Origin: Octopus bimaculoides
Taxonomy: Eukaryota
Direction of reading: 5' to 3'
NCBI RefSeq assembly: GCF_001194135.2
Contig: NC_068981.1
Span: 57,629,623 to 57,693,622 of the forward strand
Length of the DNA stretch: 64,000 nt
Shown here: piece after piece, positions 60,861 through 64,000 of the stretch
How positions within the stretch are numbered: position 1 is the first letter of the stretch
How the letters are laid out: each line of letters starts with the position of its first letter
Notes under the pieces: model-generated
Seen by the model: only the letters and a program-made list of their open reading frames with translations
Database searches by the model: none
What the model was told of the DNA's origin: nothing
Position numbers and translations under genes: made by a program

Positions 60861-61949
60861 TTTGTTTGTAGTCTTCCTTGCTTGGAAACATGGAATTTGG
60901 TGACAGAAAGAGCATCTAGCCAAAGAAAATCTGCTTCAATGAATTTTGTCTGACTTTGTGTCTCCAAAAAGTAAATGTTAAAATGATGATGATATATGGT
61001 GTGTATGTAAGTGTGTGTGTATAGCATCCACTTTCTCATCCCCTTCCATGATCCACCATCCTTGTCTTCTCTTATGCTCACCTTCTTCCATGAAAGTTTG
61101 TTCTACTTCCCCATCACTACCTTCCTCTTACCTCCTTCAGCCATATATCTTCTTTGTAGCAAGACAACTGTCCTTGTCCCTCTATCATATTTTAGCCTTT
61201 CAACACCTGGCATACAGCCACTCATCTCCATCTTCCCCTTGTAAATACTTCCTCTTAGTAGTGGAAGCTTTTTCCTTCCTTTCCTTTTCCTCCCCTGTTC
61301 TTTTCTGTCTTGCAAGTTACATGACAACCTCACTTGTGCTAGTGGCGCCAAAAAAGCACCTAGTACACTCTGTAAAGTGGTTGGTGTTAGGAAGGGCATC
61401 CATTCATAGAAACCATGTCAAAAACGACATTAGAGCTGGATGCAATCCCACATTTGCCAGTTTGTGTTGAACTGCCCAGCCTATGCTGGCATGAAAAGTG
61501 GACATTAAATGATGATATATATATGTGATTTGTGGGGAGGGGACTAGTCAATTATATTACCCTCAGTGCTCAACTGGTACTTATTTTATCAATCCCGAAA
61601 GGATGAAAAGCAGACAACCTTGGCAGAATTTAAACTCAGAAATGAAAAGATAGATGAAATGCCACTAAGCATTTTGTCCTGTGTGTTAACAATTCTGCCA
61701 GCTTAGTGTCTTAATGGTATTAATAATGATAATAATGGTTTCAAATTTTGGTACAAAACTAGTAACTCGGGGAGGGGTAAGGCAATTACATTGATCCCAG
61801 TGCTCAACCCCAAAAGGCTGAAAGGCAAAGTCATCATTGGCAGAATTTGAACTCAGAGTGTAAAGATGGATGAAATGCCGCCTTGCATTTGGCCCTGTGT
61901 GTCAACGTCTCTGCCAGCTCGTTGCTTTAACAATATTATTCATCATCGC

Positions 61950-62390
61950 CGTCGTCATCGTTTAACGTCCACTTTCCATGCTGGCATGGGTTGAACGGTT
62001 TGACTGAGGGCTGGCAAGCCAGAAGGCTGCACCAGGTTCCAATCTGATCTGGCAAAGTTTCTACAGCTGGATGCCCTTCCTAACGCCAACCACTCTGAGA
62101 GTGTAGTGGGTGCTTTTTACGTGCCACTGGCATGAGGGCCAGTCAGGTGGTACTGACATTGACCACGGTTGAATGGTGCTTTTTACATACCACTGGCATG
62201 GGAGCCAGTCAGGCGGCACTGGCAATGACCACGCTCAAATGGGACTTTTTATGTGTCACCTGCACAGGAGCCAGACAGGCAGCACTGATATCGACCACAA
62301 TCGAATGGAGTATTTTACATGACACAGGCACGGGTGCCAATCGGGCAGTATTGGCGACTTCACTTGACTCAATATTAGCCGTATAGTTTG
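61950..62390 (-). mobile_element. RTE 3'-UTR copy
   Basis: CATCGTTTAACGTCCACTTTCCATGCTGGCATGGG start and tandem GCCAGTC..ACTGGC units. Confidence 0.85.
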
Positions 62391-63533
62391 ATTGTTCTAC
62401 CATTTCTAACTCTTCACTAATCTAGCTGAAGTATGTGATTCAATAAATTCTTTTTACTATAAATCAATATAAACTAAATTTGTCAGCCTTCGTTAAAAAT
62501 GATTTGGGTATTTTTGTGAGTGGGTGGGGGTTCTGAAATGTAAGAGTGAGAAGAAAGAAGTTGAAATAAAATGACTAAAATTTTTAATCACCTTTAAATT
62601 TTTTTTACTTTGTGTTTTTAAAAACTCATTGCTTTTGTATTTCTATGAGAAAGAATATTAGATATGAAAATTACACAAATATAAACATAAAATAAATGTA
62701 AAACAAAACTTAATGAAATCATTGTAAGGATTAACTATTTATATATTCAGTTAAAATCAAGCATGCCACCGACATATGTTAACAGTTTAGTGCTAGCTAA
62801 TTGCTATTCTATCATATTTAATTATCCATAAAAATAGTTTGTGCTACATTAATTTAATCAAGTGATATTGTTATAAAGCTTTGTGTATAACCTTCATCGT
62901 TTTTTCAAATCCTCTTATGATATCAGTCTAGAAAGAGTTTCTCAACTGTGAAATAAACACTTACCAAAAGATTACTTTTGTTCTCTGTAATTTAGTATCT
63001 GAGAGAATCTGGATTAAGAATAATTCGTTATTCTCTGATTTTTTGTGTATGATTATACAATTCAATTAAGGGAAAGTTTAATTACTTCCTGCTGATTTTT
63101 GTTTCTGTTAAATTGTGAGGCTAATTACATGTGAATATTGATGAAATCTTTGTGTTTCCACCAATGTCTAGAACTTAGATGAGTATATATTGGATATAAC
63201 ATATCCCATCTGTGTGGGGTTTTCTCATACTGTTGTATATATTACTCTCAAGGATTTCTGTTCCATATCAACTAGTGCTATCGCTTTTGAAGCAAAAAAC
63301 AAAAAGTGTTACTATGCTATGATACCTTTTTCATATCATGTGACAAGCAGTTGAAAATAGATGGATTAAAATTCAGTTAAACCCCTAATTTGTATGATAA
63401 AGTCATTAAATCTGATGTGTTTACATCAATAGATCACCACCAAATGTTTGATTGACCATTTCTGTATCAAAATTTATAGTTTGTAGTTAAGTCACTGTTA
63501 CATTCTTAAGTAATTAAACCTATAACGGTATTT

Positions 63534-63985
63534 CATCATCATCATCGTCATCATTTAATGTCCACTTTCCATGCTAGCATGGGTTGGACGATTTGACTGG
63601 GGACTGGCGAACCAGATGGTTACACCAGACTCCAATCTGATCTGGCAGAGTTTCTACAGCTGGATGCCCTTCTTAACGCCAACCACTCCGAGAGTGTAGT
63701 GGATGCTTTTTACGTGCCACCAGCACGAAGGCCAGTCCGGCGGTACTGGCAACAGCTACGCTCAAATGGTGTTTATTTTTTTTATGTGCCACCTGCACAG
63801 GAGTCAGTCCAATGCTTTGTTCACATGTCACCGGCACGAGTGCCAGTAAGGCGAAGCTGGAAACGATCGCGCTCAAATGGTGCCTTTTACGTGCCACCGG
63901 CACGGAAGCGAGACCGCTGCTCTGGCAGTGATCCCGCTCAGATGGTGCTGTTAGCGCTCCACTGGCACGGGTGCCAGTCACCGAA
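63534..63985 (-). mobile_element. RTE 3'-UTR copy with an expanded subunit array
   Basis: Same family; several GCCAGT/ACTGGC and CGCTCA(A/G)ATGGTG subunits. Confidence 0.85.
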
Positions 63986-64000
63986 TTTGGTTCAGTTTCG

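Overview
AT-rich eukaryotic genomic scaffold with six N-gaps. The repeat content (RTE LINEs with (GAT)n tails, tRNA-headed SINEs, TTAGGG motifs) suggests a mollusc, most likely an octopus; this is an inference. Four protein-coding genes were reconstructed by hand from splice sites and remembered family motifs. (1) An ANKRD60-like gene (ubiquitin-like domain plus ankyrin repeats) on the minus strand, ATG 27025. Its 3' part appears to continue through a tandem array of four duplicated phase-2/phase-2 exons into an acidic terminal exon. (2) NDUFV2 (complex I 24-kDa subunit), plus strand, 9 exons from 27294 to 41542, head-to-head with the ANKRD60-like gene across 268 bp. (3) A complete, intact, intronless XRN2, minus strand, 43529-46315, 928 aa. 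(4) The first coding exon of POFUT1, plus strand, 56809-56923. The rest is decayed mobile DNA: RTE, CR1-like and REL-endonuclease LINEs, mariner, a DD37D maT element, Merlin-like TIR elements, MITEs and SINEs. The most unusual observations are the exon-duplication array, the intronless XRN2, a 5S rRNA copy fused to an RTE 3' UTR, and a minimal hammerhead-ribozyme motif in NDUFV2 intron 1.
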